Shown here piece after piece: positions 40,686-56,422 of a stretch of DNA of 64,000 nt. The notes under the pieces were generated by a model that did no database searches, had not been told where the DNA came from, and saw only the letters and a program-made list of their open reading frames with translations. The stretch comes from the human T2T-CHM13v2.0 reference genome, Homo sapiens: assembly GCF_009914755.1 (NCBI RefSeq), contig NC_060930.1; one strand, given 5' to 3'. Both the position numbers and the translations under genes were made by a program. Positions within the stretch are counted from its first letter, which is position 1. Every line of letters starts with the position of its first letter.

Positions 40686-41022
<337 letters not shown>

Positions 41023-41039
41023 AAGAAGTTTCCTCTTTC

Positions 41040-41690
41040 ACTCATTCACTTAGTCAAGTAGTCAATAAGTTTTTATAGAGCACCTAAAAATGTTACTCAC
41101 TTTACCAGAACTAAGAATATTATATTGAATAAGAAAAACTTGGTTTTTATCCTTCTTGTTTAGTGAATAGAGTAAATAAACTAATAAATTCCAATGAAGG
41201 AAAAGATCAGAGAGTCAGAGAATAAAAATATAAAGGTGTACATTTGTGTTGGGAAAATGAACTACTTAACACTGAGTGATGAGAAAAGGCTTCTCTGACA
41301 AGGTAATCTTAAATTTGGAAATGAAGGTTGAGATGAAGCCAGCCGTGCTTTAGCACGAGAAGAGTTTTTTAGCAAAGAGATTGATTTGTGTAAAGGTCCT
41401 GAGGTTGAAAAGAGTTTGCACTATATTAAAAACTGAAAAATGCTTGTTAGGCTGAGGCGTAGTAAACAAGGTGGATTTGTGGCATGAGATGAGGCCAGAG
41501 AGTTGAGCAGGAATCACATGAAGTAGAATCCTGTGAGCAATGGAAGAATAATGTGATGTATATTTCAAGCAGGGAATTGATACAAACCTGTTTACATTAT
41601 TAAAAGTTTCCTTATTACTGTGTAGAAAATAAACTGGGGGAGATGATGGACATGGCAAGAGAGGTACTTAATGGAATAAGCCCATCCAGC
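41040..41690 (-). mobile_element. L2 fragment
   Basis: cattcacttagtc start; aaggcttctctgacaaggt; gtaaaggtcctgagg. Confidence 0.7.
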
Positions 41691-43049
41691 GATAAAAAAT
41701 TAATCTCTGCTTAAAACCAAACTGAGAGTCCTTCTTTAGTACATTATTTACAGTCTTATTCCATTTAGAGATCTGAGTTATCTGTTATGTATTTATATAA
41801 GAGGTAAAATGATAAAATTGAAAATAAGTTACCATTCACACTTCTATTTATTTATGTAGAAATATTTTCACAATATAAATACTGCAGATACAAGCTGTGT
41901 TGTTTTTCCCATTGCAAACACTTTGTAATTCAAACACATCTGATTTATATTGATTTTAAATTTAGCACTGAGAGAAAACACTTACATGCTCTATAACATT
42001 GTTAAGCATCACAAATAAAATTAGAAGATGAATTATCATTGCTTTTCTAAGTTGTAAATTAGATGACTCACCATGTAGGAAAAATGACTCCATGATCATT
42101 GACTAGTTTATAATTTGAATTATAAGTTAGGCACCATGATGTGTTTTCTGTTACAAAATTCATGATCTGGCATTAGATCATGTATTCTTATCTTGCATTC
42201 AGTTAAGCAATAAAATACTGAATTTATTTATTGAATAAAACTTAAGATATAGCATCTGGCTTTCCCCCAAATTATGGTGGTTGTCAACTGTGCTGATGCT
42301 GTATCATCTATGAACCTCCTGTTTCATTTCATTACCTGATCATTTAAAGTCATGCAGGTCCAAAATTTCCCCATTGTTATATTTATACACTCTTTTCAAC
42401 TGTATTTAAAAGTCCTCATTTATTCTAGAACATAAGATTGATAATAGACATGTGTCATTATGAAAGTTTGCTTGGCTGAAAAAAACAAAGTCCAAAAAAA
42501 GGACTGTGTTTAATTTAATCCCCCAGCCAGAGAGATTTAATTAAAAATAGTCATAGTTACCTAATCCTGTATCTCTAAGTTAAGTTGCCATGAGAATGTC
42601 TAGTGCTTAGATACTGTTAATTTTTTAAGAAAGTATTGTTTGCTTTAGAAAATTGTGGATCTCTCTTTGCTTTGGTTCCATAGATTAATGTTTTTCTTCA
42701 TGGACAGGCAGCCGATATTTTTCTAGGGCACTAGATATGGTGCTGTTAGGAAATCTCCAAAAACTAGACCCAGCCCATGACTCAAAACATTTTTGCTGTT
42801 GGTAGAAATAACTTTTTTTCACATATAAAACAAATTATGTAATTTCATAGAGTGTTCACAGAGTTTATATATAGATCCCAGTGCTTGTTACCACTAATAT
42901 GTATGAGTGCATATACCTTTTTGCAATAAAAGATAATACATAGAGATCGTGATAAATACTTTTAGTTTATTTCCATATGTCAGTAGGATATGTAGGAAAT
43001 GAGGTGACTAACTGAAACCACATCAACTTTCCATGCATCAGACTTTGAG

Positions 43050-43420
43050 GCTTCAGACAATGGTTTTCTCTGCCTGAAATGCCTTCTCACCCAGTTTCAC
43101 TTTCTTAGTCAATTGCTAATGATTTTTGAGATCTCAACTCAGATGTCTCTTGCTCAGGGGAGCCATTCATGCTTATTCAAACTAGGTCAATGCTTCTGTT
43201 TTAGATTCATATAACAACACTGTAGTTTTCTTTACAGTATGTTTTATGAAAGTTTTCAATGTGTGTAAATATTTGTTTATTGCTTTCTCCCTCTCTTGAC
43301 CATAAGCTCCATGAAAGCAGTGGCCAGGATTCTTTTTACACACGTCTGAAACGCTAGCTCTTAGCATTATGCTCAACACATAATGAGCACTCAACAGTCG
43401 GGCTAAATGCTGAAGGACAG
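43050..43420 (+). mobile_element. L2 3' end
   Basis: ctctgcctgaaatgccttc ... ataagctccatgaaagcag ... acataatgagcactcaac. Confidence 0.7.
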
Positions 43421-43626
43421 ACACTTGTAGAGCCAGGAGTGAAAGAATACATTTAAAGAATATGTTTTATAAGGCATAATGGAGAGAAACATAGCCTGAT
43501 TAAATCAGCTAATGGAGGTTCCATTATTTAAAATCTGAAATCAGAATAAATGTACGTTAAATATTCCGCACTACAGGTATAAAGGCTATTTTTGAATTCC
43601 AACCTTGTAGGATAAAAATAGTATGA

Positions 43627-44132
<506 letters not shown>

Positions 44133-44836
44133 TTAACAGATCTTGATCTTAATCCTACCAGAATAAGACTTTATACAAGTTTTTTGTGAAAACAAAAAAG
44201 GAAAAGAGCTACTGGCATCCCAATGTAGAATGTAAGGTCTTTGGTCAGAATATTACATTAAACATACATTTCAGCACCAAATTAAGATATTTATCTTTTC
44301 TCTTTTGTATGCAAAAGTCTCTACTTTAAAAACCTCTACAATTTGTTTTCTAAATAGATACTTAACTAATACGGAAATTTGTCACCAACATCCTTGGACC
44401 TAGAGTGAGTAATAGTACCTACTGTCATTAGTATCAGCAAAAATCCAGATTTCATTCATAAGAGACCTTCAATCACAGAAGCTCTTGGTTGTGCTGAAGG
44501 TCATCTTTCATATGCAATGTACACTGCAAGGTAGCAGGGGCCATGATGGTGACAGGAAGGCCTATCTATCCTCCATAGTGAGGTTTGTGGATAATAGTGG
44601 CATGGCTTTTGAAAAGCTGGACTCTAAGGACCTGGAAGTGTACTGGATAGGCATGAAGTTCTGTGTGTGTTCCAGTTGTCAAATGGGAGTGAGTAGTGAG
44701 GCAATGGGAGAGGAGATCCAAATGAGTGTATCAACAAGACAGGAAGCAATAATAATGCCGTGTTAGCTTAGCCTTGAGTTCATACTGTGTGGTCAAATGC
44801 ATTTCTCACCAATTTAGTTATTTGAGGAAAGAAAAG

Positions 44837-45392
44837 TATGGTAGGCTGTATAAAGGTCCTCCAAAAATGTCCATGTCCTAATGTTTCTTAATCTTTGGTA
44901 TCTGTGAACATGTTACCTTACATGGCAAAAGGTACTTTGTAGATGTAAGTAAATTAAGGACCAGGAGATAGATAGGATGATTACTTTTGGTTTGCACAAT
45001 CTAAGGCTCCTTACAAGAAAGAAGTAAGAAGGTCATAATTAGAGTCAGAGATAGAGAAGTACATACAAAAACAGGGGTGTGTGTGAGACAGAGACAGAGA
45101 GAGAAAAAAACAAGAAAGAAAATAGGATTTGAAGATGCTCCACTGCAGGCTTTGAAGATAGAAAATTTAAAGATAGAAAAAAGAGCCAAAAACTAAGGAA
45201 CTGGGGTGGCTACTATAAGCTGGAAAAGACAAGGAACAAAATTCTCATCTAGAGCCTCTAGGAGAAATGCAACCATGCTAACCTATTTTGGATTTCTGAC
45301 CCCCGGAACTATAAAATTTTTAAAAAGTATGTACTTATTTAGCCACTAAGTTTGTCATGATTTATTAAAGCAGCTGTAAGGGACCTAATACA
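44837..45392 (+). mobile_element. MLT1D-like MaLR solo LTR
   Basis: tgtgaacatgttaccttacatggcaaaaggtactttgtagatgt ... agccactaagtttg ... ctaataca; TSD aaaag/gaaag. Confidence 0.88.
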
Positions 45393-46519
45393 GAAAGAAA
45401 GAGTTTCTGTGAGATTTATATGGAATACGACAGAAAAAGGAACAGTGAGCCCAAAGTTGTTATGTCTTCAGGACCTGATTACCATGCCATGAATCCTTCT
45501 AGCTAACAGATTGCAGGCAGCAGAAACTGGCAGAGTCTTTTCTCAGCGTAGAATAAAGAGACAAAGAGAGATGCATAGCCATGTTTTAGAAAGCCAGATA
45601 ATTATGAATACGAAAGAAATGAATATGAGATTAAAGTTGTTTGATACGGATGTAGTTTTGAAAACTAATATTTGATGTGTGCTGTGTTTCTTTGAAACTT
45701 CAGAGTTTGCTGCCTTAGGTTCCACAGAAATCTTTGAGAAAGAAGCATGACTAGAATTCCAGCCTTAATAAGTAAACAAACTGAAGCCCAGAAAGAGTAA
45801 GACATTTGTGCAAAAGCGCAAAATGGCTTTCTTCTGACTCAAAATAAAATGATATTTCTAACAGAGAATAATTATCTCTGAAAGGATTTTAAACTATGAT
45901 TTACAATGTAATAGGTATGTAGCCAATATGTAAGCATTAAAGGGGTATGAAATAAGTGAATTGTCATAATGAGGATTAGTTGGAATGAGTATTTGGTGGG
46001 GGATGAGTTTTGAATTACTAGCAAGTATAGTACAAAGATAATGACAGTTGGTTCTGCTTGGAGTACCATCATTAAGTTTGCAGTGAAATATTCAGCATTA
46101 CATTCTTTTTGTTTGAGTTTTCCCAGATTTAACTGTGAAAATTATCCCAGCCTATGAATTTTTCTTTAAGTTACACCTCTGCCAGCACCCTACCCATTCC
46201 CGGTAGTCCCCTGGAACACCAATGAATGTCTGAGTCAGTCTGGATGTCTCCCAGCCCAGCTTCCCAGAGTCTGACATGCCAAAGGGCACAAGATATCATG
46301 TTTTCAGGTGACTGTCACTCTCAGGATGTGATAAAGGCAAAACCAGGACCCTCTGAACGGGCATCAGGACCTGAGGGCCTGTGTTGTTTTGTCAACATAT
46401 GAGCAGGAGAAAGAGACCAAAGGAGTTTCTTGGCACGACTTGAATCATATTCATTCCAGAGATGCAAAAGAGAGCCATAGTGTATCAATTTCATTGATAC
46501 ATCTGGAAATTGAAAGGCT

Positions 46520-47070
46520 CTATTTATTTACTTAATCGCTGCACATTTCTTGGCCAGACCTGATGTGACATGACTTTACAGTAATAATAAACAAAACAGA
46601 CAAGGTCCTTGATCTCCTATAGTTTACAGTCTCATTGGGAAGAAACTTAATAAACAGGAGAATGGTTAAATAAATACATAGTTATCATTGAGGAAAATAA
46701 TTGAGCAGATTGATAGGAGAGAATATATAGGAATAGAAACCCAATTTAGCTTGCATAGTCAGAAAGGACTATTCTGAGAGAAAGACATTAAAATTGAGAC
46801 CCAGTAGGGAAAGAGGAAACAAGTAATGTCAAGATGCCTGGAAAGATATCAGAAAGAGGGGCTAGCATTTTCAAAGGCCTGAAGAAGAAGCGGCTTGAGG
46901 TTTTAAAAAAAATTCTGTGTGAAAAAGAACATAGTGAGAAAGGGTAAAAGTGGTATGATAAAAGATCAAAGAGTAGGTAAAGATGAGTTCATGAGAGGTT
47001 ATTGTTAAAATGTAAATAAACTAGGATTTATTTAAAGTTCAATGGAAAGTAATGGACAGTTTTTAGGCAC
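46520..47070 (-). mobile_element. L2 fragment
   Basis: aacaaaacagacaaggtccttgatctcctatagtttacagtct ... tcaaaggcctga. Confidence 0.65.
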
Positions 47071-47258
47071 AGCCTTCAGTTCTAAAAATGAGGTTCTAAT
47101 TAAAATTCATAAGAGTTGTGATTAGTCAATGTGGAACTTAAGATGTGGTGGTAGAAAGAAAAGGTGCCTTATAAACTATTTTTAATGTTTTAAATGTCAG
47201 TGCATACTGAAGTACCTAGCAAAATGTATTAAATATTATATGATTAATGAAGTAAAGT

Positions 47259-47490
47259 AAAAAGGAAGGAAAGAAGGAAAGATGGAAGGAAGGAAGGAAG
47301 GAAGGAAGGAAAGAAGGGAGGGAAGGAGGGAGGGAGGGAAGGGAAGGGAAAGGAAGGGAGGGAGGGAAGAAGGAAGGAAAGAAGGAAGGAAGCAAGGAAG
47401 CAAGGAAGAGAGGGAGGGAGGGAGAGAGAGAGGGAAGAAGGAAGGAAGGAAGGAAGGAGAGAAAGAGGGGAAGGAAGGAAGAGACAAAGA
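47259..47490. repeat. (GGAA)n/(GGGA)n polypurine microsatellite
   Basis: About 230 bp that is almost purely purine. Confidence 0.97.
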
Positions 47491-48100
47491 ACGAAGTGGG
47501 GTTCTTTCAAGCACAAATTGATAAAAACAAAGTAACAACAACAACCAAAACTTAGTAAAGTTAAATTGAGATAGAAATAAACAAATTAGGCAATATATAC
47601 TAAACTGTTCACTATCACAGGAAAGGAAGGGAAAATGACAAAATAATTTGATAAATATTCTTGTGCATCACCTTTAACAGCATTCAGGTTTTGATCTTTC
47701 AGTCACTCAACAAATACTTACCAAACATTTAGTAAATGCCAGATAGTATGTTAAATATGCCCTGTCTTTAGGAAACGTATAATTTGGGAAAGAAAATTAA
47801 TCATGAATAACAACTGTAACATTGGGCTAAAGAGCTGAAATCAATGGCATTGTTACTATCATGAAAGAACTGAAAGACATTCCATATGAAGAGAGGAGAA
47901 ATAGCGAAAAAGGAAGGATGTGAGTGGTGAAATGTTAAAGATAGGTCTTGTAAGTCATGGTCACATTTTTATAACTTAAGGGAAATAGAAAAACATAAAA
48001 TGGACTTAAATAGTGGAGTGACAAAATTAGATTTCTATTTTCAAAAGATACATTTGTCTTTAGGGGGGCAATATTAAAAATGTAAGTAAGAAAGTAAGAG

Positions 48101-48442
<342 letters not shown>

Positions 48443-49384
48443 TCAACAGAAGAGCAGGTTGAAAAAGGACTGTCAAAGTGTTTCTGACTGAGGAACTAAA
48501 AGGATGTTGCTGCATTTCTAAAAGGTGGAAATGCAGAGGAAAAAACAGGCTAAATGAGTACATGTTTAAATGTGTGTTTTTTTTTTAAGTTTCCTGAGAG
48601 CTATCCAGAAGGATGTCTCACATGCCTACAGCTCAGGAGGGATGTCTGAGTAGCAAATATAATTTGTTAGCCATCAACACTCGGAGAAAAAGAAAGTTGA
48701 AGCCATACTTTGGATTAGTTCTGCCACGAAAGGAGTTCAGTGAAACCAGATTGTAGATCAAGTCTCCATGATTCATCAGTATGTAATATTTTGATAGATG
48801 AAGTATTAGAATAGCTGGGACCACAAAAAAAGACACTATCATTACAGTATGAGATATGCCAGAGATCATAAGTTCTTAGAAACCAAACAAAGAAAAATGT
48901 GTAATCAGAAATATGTAGTCAACTGTTAACGGTTGTTTTAAAAAAGTAAAGATATTAATTGAAATTAGTACCTTCAATTAGCGAAAATTGGGGAAAACAA
49001 AGTATTGGAATTTGAAATTTAAAAATAGCTTTTACAAAAGCATAATTTTTAAAAATAACTACAAACCCTTGGCTATGGGGAGTGTTATGAAATTGTGAGA
49101 AAGTGAGATGCTGATGCTTTGGAGTGGGCTAGTGGCCATGAGTTCAGTCAACAGAAGAGCAGGGAGAAGGAGAGGGAGTGTTAAAAGTTTTCTTTGTATG
49201 TAGGGTAGTGAAATAGCTAGGACTAGAGGAAAGAACAGGGAAATAAGCTAGAGATATAGCCTGGAACTCATGTGCTAACACAGTGACTTTTCTTAATTTC
49301 AAATATAATGGATATGTTAAAGTTGGGATGTGCCAAAATTATACTTGTATTTTTAAAAAATTAATTAATCTGAAAAAATATGGA

Positions 49385-49637
49385 AGATTGTGTCTGGAGT
49401 GAGCAAAAGGGGTGTCTGAACCAATTTTAATAAATCAGATGAGTAGTTAGAGGGACACAGAATAAGTCAAAGCATATAAGAAAGTAAGAGGAGGGGCCGG
49501 ATTGGAGAGTTGACACTTCTGAATTTAGTGAAAGATTAGATGAAAAGAATGACAAATGGTAGGCAGGAATGTCAAAAATGAGTCTTGGTTTTAAAACTTG
49601 GTACAGACACCCCTTTTGCTCACTCCAGACACAATCT
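49385..49637. repeat. 46/47-bp inverted repeat with 160-bp spacer
   Basis: 49385-49430 vs reverse complement of 49591-49637: 34 bp exact, then 1 mismatch and 1 indel. Confidence 0.95.
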
Positions 49638-50439
49638 GGAGTGTCTGGAGCATTGCTACTCACCAGCACTGGGAACCAGAGATCATAAAGTTCATTGATT
49701 TCTTCATTCAGCAAATGTTTATGGAGCTGCCACAGTGTTCAAGGCAACAGTGTACAACAGTGAATAAAATACAAAAAATTTACTAAACATGTGATATTTT
49801 CATATGATAGGCAAGAAAAACAGTACCATTTTATTGATCTCAAATTGGTCAAATAACATACCTACTTTGTTAATATCTCAAAATGAATGGCTCTTTGGGA
49901 GAAGTTTTGGAAATTGAAGATTTCCCTTACACAGTTCAATGTTTTACCATGCCATTTTATTTGGAATAATTGCAAGCAAATCAACTTTAAATACATTTTA
50001 ATAACTGAAAAAAGGCCAAATATTCTGAAGCTAAAACAAAAATTATACTTGCCTTAAATATACATTGAATTCAATCTGCCCTGATCCTATACAAATAGTC
50101 AGCTAACCAATAATGGTAAACCAGAAACACTTCAACTTCTTTCAGAGCCTATGGTGTTGGCATTTGCTTTCTCTGTCTTTTGCCCTCTGATGCTTTTATT
50201 CTTTTATGCTATGCTTTCTGCATAATTTGAATCAGTTTCCAGTTCTGGCTCTGTTAAAATACACTGATTTTAACATTCAAGGCAGTATCTTAAGAATTCA
50301 AGGTATCCACTATCCCTAATCCTTAACAAGGGAGAGTTCAGGCAAATAGTATCTACATAAATCACAAAGGACATTTTCTTCTTAACTCCATTAGTAGTCA
50401 AACACTTATTAGCATAGTAGGTTGCATTTAAACATCCCT

Positions 50440-50800
50440 AACTGAGTCATGATAAAGAGAATTTGGAAAGAAACCAAAGAGGAGTAATAAAAATGATTAA
50501 CAATTTAAGAAATGTGTCCTAGGAGAAAAGGCTAAAGGAACCAGGTTTGTAAAGCCTGGAGAAATAAATGTTAGAGCTAGAGGGTCAGCTTAAGCACTAT
50601 AAATAGTCAAAAGACTCTTCGTAGTGATAGAGAGCAAGTGTTCTTTCCAAGAAGTAACCGTAGGTATAGAGATTACAGTAAGGTGTTTAGCCTGAGAAGA
50701 GCCTTATTGATTTAATGGATTCTAAGAGTTAGGTATATTTTCTAGTTTCCTAGTGGGACTATGTTCTTTTTCCCATTATAGGCATACATCTATATTCACA
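50440..50800 (+). mobile_element. L3/CR1 LINE fragment
   Basis: aaaatgattaacaatttaagaaatgtgtcctaggagaaaaggctaaaggaaccaggtttgtaaagcctggaga resembles the CR1 ORF2 end (YEERLKELGLFSLE-like). Confidence 0.7.
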
Positions 50801-52304
50801 GTTATCCTACAATTGTGTAACTAAAGGCACAGAGGGATATCTAGAATATTTGGAATCCCTATAAATATCCATAATATTTAATTGAATAGATGTGGTTTGA
50901 CAACTAGTAAGGGAGGGGAAAATATATCTCAAGAAAAAATAATATTTAACTATTTTCATTTAAATATCTTGGCCTTCCAATTATCTTGGAGTTATTGTTG
51001 TACTACAAATGCCATAAACTTCATGACTTTTAAAATGTCTCTCATATATTTGTGACTTTAGGAAGAATTTATTTGGTATTAAATGGCAAAATGTTTGGGA
51101 GGAGGCAATAAAGAATACCTTAAATGTAAAAAAAAAGTATCTTTTTTCCTTTATAATATTACTAAACAATATTCAATGCAATTTATTTTCTGTTTTAGCC
51201 CTTGATTTGGAATGTGGGCATTCAGTGTCTACATTTAAAGAAAGCATATCAATGTGTTTATAATCCAAAGTGCAATCTTAGTGCCTCGTATAAAAATACC
51301 TAAGCAGCCAATTCTGCATGCAGAAGCAATGAATAATATTACATATTTTACTTAATAGTTTTGGGCCTCTTTATTAACATTAATGATATATTGATGCTAT
51401 ATCCCAGCATGGAATTATTCCTATTTGCAAGTGTTTTTAACAGCCCAATTAATATATTTATTTTCTTAAAAAGTATACCTACGGGGGTATTATATTAATT
51501 TTATGATACTAGGCCATAGAATCAGATATTACATGAATATGAGTGTTCATGCAATTTATTCCATGCTCAAATCCAATTTACTGCATTCAAAGTAACAGAA
51601 CAATATTGAAGGAAGCACTATGCAAAATTAGTCACAGAAATTGTTTGATGATATTATCGGCATTTGTTAGTTGTACATCCACCCATATCACCACCATGCA
51701 GCGAAGCTAACATTAATCTATTCAGAATGTTAGTCTAGTCCCAGAAGAGCCTTGACACTAATTATTCAGAACAAAGTAAAAATTTGCTCCATTTTAAATA
51801 TTTTTCAAAAATGCTTATAAAATGTGATTTTATAAAATCCCCAATGTTTAACAATGTCAGATTCAAGAATTCTCCCCAATATTACAAAGTCCTTTTGCTC
51901 AGTGGAAAATGACACTTTCTGACTATAGCCAGTAAGAGTTCTTCAAATTATTGGCACACACTGGTAAATGGAAACTTGGTAGCATTACATATTTTATAAA
52001 GCGGCATACTCACTCCTTCTTTATTTGTGCTTTTTGGTGTAAGTATCCAGCTCTCTTGTAAGCCCTCAAGATAGGGCTTCACCATGTCCTTTGTGAACAC
52101 ACTTTCAGTAAGAGATTAACAAGAAGAAATATAAAGGGAGAAACATAAAGGGAGAGTTACATTTATTGAAAAATTATGTATCAAATGTCTAATATACAAT
52201 TATGATATTAGTTAATAAGAGGAAAACAAAGAAAAAAGTAAAAATACTGTTCTTGTCCTTAGAATACTGTGTGTAAGTTTGAAAAACAAAGCATACACAA
52301 ATTA

Positions 52305-52545
52305 AGCAATTAGTTATATGTAGTGAGGACCTATTATGTGCAAGGTAGTAAAATGAAGAAATCACTTTCATTCTCTCATTAAATCCTTGCAATGACATTT
52401 TGAGATATTTATTATTGTTGATATTTTGAAGGTAAAAGGGAAAAAGGCTAACTTTTATAAGATTATACAATTAATAATTAGATGATTTGGGTTTGAAACA
52501 CAGATTTGAGTTCCACACTTGGGCTTTCCATAGAAGACTATGCCA
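52305..52545 (-). mobile_element. MIR
   Basis: cctattatgtgcaagg ... ctcattaaatccttgcaatgac ... tgggtttgaaacacag. Confidence 0.6.
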
Positions 52546-54664
52546 TCTCCCCTACTAATTAAGAAACAAAAAGCTTAAGAAGTTATGGAAGAGGAAAGGA
52601 CAATCTTCCAGTAGCTAGATGAATTCAACTCATCTTAAAACTGAGGTCTCCTTTTCTTATCTTTCTGAAGACTAAATTGTTGCTGGGTGTTCCTAAAGTT
52701 TCCTTCCATCTCTAGAATTTAATAATTCTATAATTCTATGGTCTTCATGTGACTAGATTTATTGGAGTAGTATTTCTGAAATAAGCAAGACCCAAGCTAA
52801 TTCTTGAAGAATGGGAATTTTGGGGACTGGTGGAGGGAAATCCATGACATTTCAAAGGGGTTTGAAAGAAAGAAGGAATTCAAGCTCAGCAGCAAGAAAA
52901 AACAGAAAAAGGTACATATAACTTGATCACTATGTTTTTGTTAGAGCAGAAGGTGGTATTGTTGGCTAGGTAATGTGCAGTCACATTTATAAAAAGTTTG
53001 AAAGCAAGGCTGAGGAGCCCAAGATCAAACAAAAAAATGTTAATACGGTGGTTGGCCTTGAGATGGTGATGAACAGATACTACAGACCTCAAAAGCAGCC
53101 TATAGTAAAATGCAGAGTATTTGGAGATGATTAATCCTAGTGAAAGCAAGCTGAATTAAGAAAAGGAAAGTGTCCAAACCAAGGGCATTGATGAGAAAGG
53201 ATCAAGGTACTAGACAATTAGAATCTGGGCTAGAAACATCATGCAGAAGGGGATTAACCAGAAGGAAGATGAAGAATAAGTATAAGATCTCTAGATTTCA
53301 TCTACATAAAGGAGTTCCTCGATGTTATCCTCAGAATTCCTTTCTCTGTATACTAATACTGTTGCCTTTTTGTATTTTTTCAATTTACATAACCATATAT
53401 ATATATGTATATGGTTAATATATAACTGATCTTTGCTTTAATTTATATTTATGATATCTTTTGTCTAACTCAGATGAAATATCTAACATGTATTTATTGT
53501 TCATGCCCTACTACCTCACCCTTTGCTTCAGATCGCTGTTCAAATTTCAAAAGTCTACTTTCACTGCTGATTTTACCTATTATTCTCCCTTCCTCATGCA
53601 TCTTCAGATGTTTTTCAAATTTAGCCCATCCTGGTCACTGAAGAGAATGTTAGCCCCCTGTGAATTCACAATTGCCTTCTAGTAACTATGTTTTCCTCTA
53701 TATCTCCTTTGACAGAGATACTAGAATAAATAGTCTGATTGCCGTTCTGCCTATTTATTATGTGTAACTCTACAGTTCTGTAATTTCAGACCTCCGAATG
53801 ATGATAACAATATATGAGAAAGTTGAACATTTTCCTAAGCTAAGAGCAACTCATTCATGTGATGCTTAACCATAACATATATACAATTATTTCACTCAGA
53901 AATGATTGTTTGAGAAATTTTCCCTATTTTGGAATTTGACAATTTGCAAAGTGTACTTCACATATATTTAAGAAAATGTTGTTGAATGCAACTTTGTATT
54001 TCATGGACATTTATGAGAAATATTTATTAGCAACTAATATATGACATGGTATGTTACTTTGCACAGCTGTATTTCATTTAGGTTATATTTTTCATTATTT
54101 TCCTGTATTTTTAAAGTAGGTTTTTAGGATTTTCAGATAATGACAACAGCATGTCACTCTCAATAAACTGTTCTTACAGGAGGTAAGCTCTCTCTTTTCT
54201 CTTGAGACACTTGTAGCGTAATGCAGAAGGTGTCAAAAATAATTAAGATGAATGAATGTATATCCAATCAAATGAAATTTATCTTTGGAATTTTGACATT
54301 TTTTCTATGCTGTGCACGATTTTAATAAGAGCAAATCAAGTGTGCATTTTCTCAACAGGAATGGAAAGAATATTGTATAGCAGTTTTGAGTAATTAGTTG
54401 GTAGAATAATATAGGGAGTTCAAATCATTAGCAGCCTCTCTGTTTCAACTGTTACACAAACATGGTTAGGGCTTACGGCCTTTGATATTGGTAATTAGAT
54501 AATCTTGCCAAATGAAATAATTTCTGTGACTTACATGAACATAAAACTAAGTTCGTCTGAAAAAGAATGCTGTTGGGTAATAAAAATAAGTTTTGTAATT
54601 TAACTTATGTATTGCAACCCTCTATTTGTTCAGGAAATTATAGACATCTCTAAAAGCTTCAGTA

Positions 54665-55004
<340 letters not shown>

Positions 55005-56422
55005 CTATTGACATGAGTATGTTTTACTATGAATATTTTACTCATTAATTAGTTTTCTGAAAAGGACTCCCTGCAACTACAGTTTCCTAAGATTTAGATT
55101 TGGTCATATCATTAACTCATTCACTCAGGTATCCAAAAGTCATTTGATATGCATAGGAACATTTCTTCAAAGTAAGTATGCTCGTATTTGTTTTATATAA
55201 GGTCACTGTCTTGTGGGTTACAAATTTGGGGATTCATTTACCCCCATTTTCAAGCTGTATCATTAATGTCCTCATGTACTGAGAAGTTGATAAGATTAGA
55301 AAAATTCACATCTTCATGCTGGTATTTAAAGCTGTGGTATCACTCTAATTCCTTGCTATCCAAGTTTCTTCAAATCTAGAGGTATGTCCCCAAGGAAAGA
55401 ATCTAAATTCTATGATAGTGCATTCTAGCCAAGAAGTTGAGGCAGCCAAATTGTTCTCTGGTTTTCAAAATTTTATTTCAAATGGTCTCAGGTGTCATAC
55501 GTAAAAATTGGTCTTCTACTTTCAAGGAAAAGATGTTGCATTTTTTATCAGCATAGAAAAATTATATCCTGTCCACCACATATAGCCAGAATCTGAGAAA
55601 TGATATAGAGCTCCTGATTCATTTTCTCCACATTGCTGGAAATTCTCTAATTAGGTACATGCACTCATCATCTCACACCATCAGCATGTGGATAACGAGA
55701 GGATCCTAGTCAGAGGAGGCAACTAGCCAAGGCCATGCCAGGATAGGAAATGCATACACTCCTGCAGCTGCCTTATGGGATCACAACGAGTCTGCATTTT
55801 TAGAAATGTTATGATAGTGTCAGTTTGAGTCACTAATGGCTACACAGAAAACGTACATGATACCAGCAACGTGACTGAGAGTGGTAATTAAATTTTATTT
55901 TCTGATGTCAGTATAAAATGATATAAACTACTATAGAGTAAAATAATATCTCATAAAAATATGTTTTGCATCATAGCAAATATTTTAACAATCAGCAATA
56001 ATTACACTGAAGAATTTGGCAACTTACTAGCCAAAGTGAACTTAGCAAGTATGTCAGAGTGAGGTGAGAATTATATGAGCTAATGCTTGTAAAGTGGTCT
56101 AGTGCAAGGTGTAGCACTTCTGAAGCACTCAGCAAATATTGATTTCATTATTACATGTATTAGGCCTTCCTCCAACTATACTTTCAAAGCTTCCTATCTT
56201 CTGGCTTATAATTCTCCATGCTTGATAGGCACTACTGCAAATTTTTGTGACATGAAGTGGCAAAATTTTGCACTTATTAAATTGGTCACAGGAGTGCTTT
56301 ATTACCTTTATTTCTGGGCTCTCATTCTGCACCTTTGGTTTATATGTCTTTATGTCTGTAATGTAGTTTTTTTATTATTATAGCTTTGTAATATATTTTG
56401 AAATTAGAATGTGCAATGCCTC

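Noticed and set aside
47236-47544. Low-complexity ORFs (LPSF/EGRK repeats)
   Set aside because: Translation of the GGAA microsatellite
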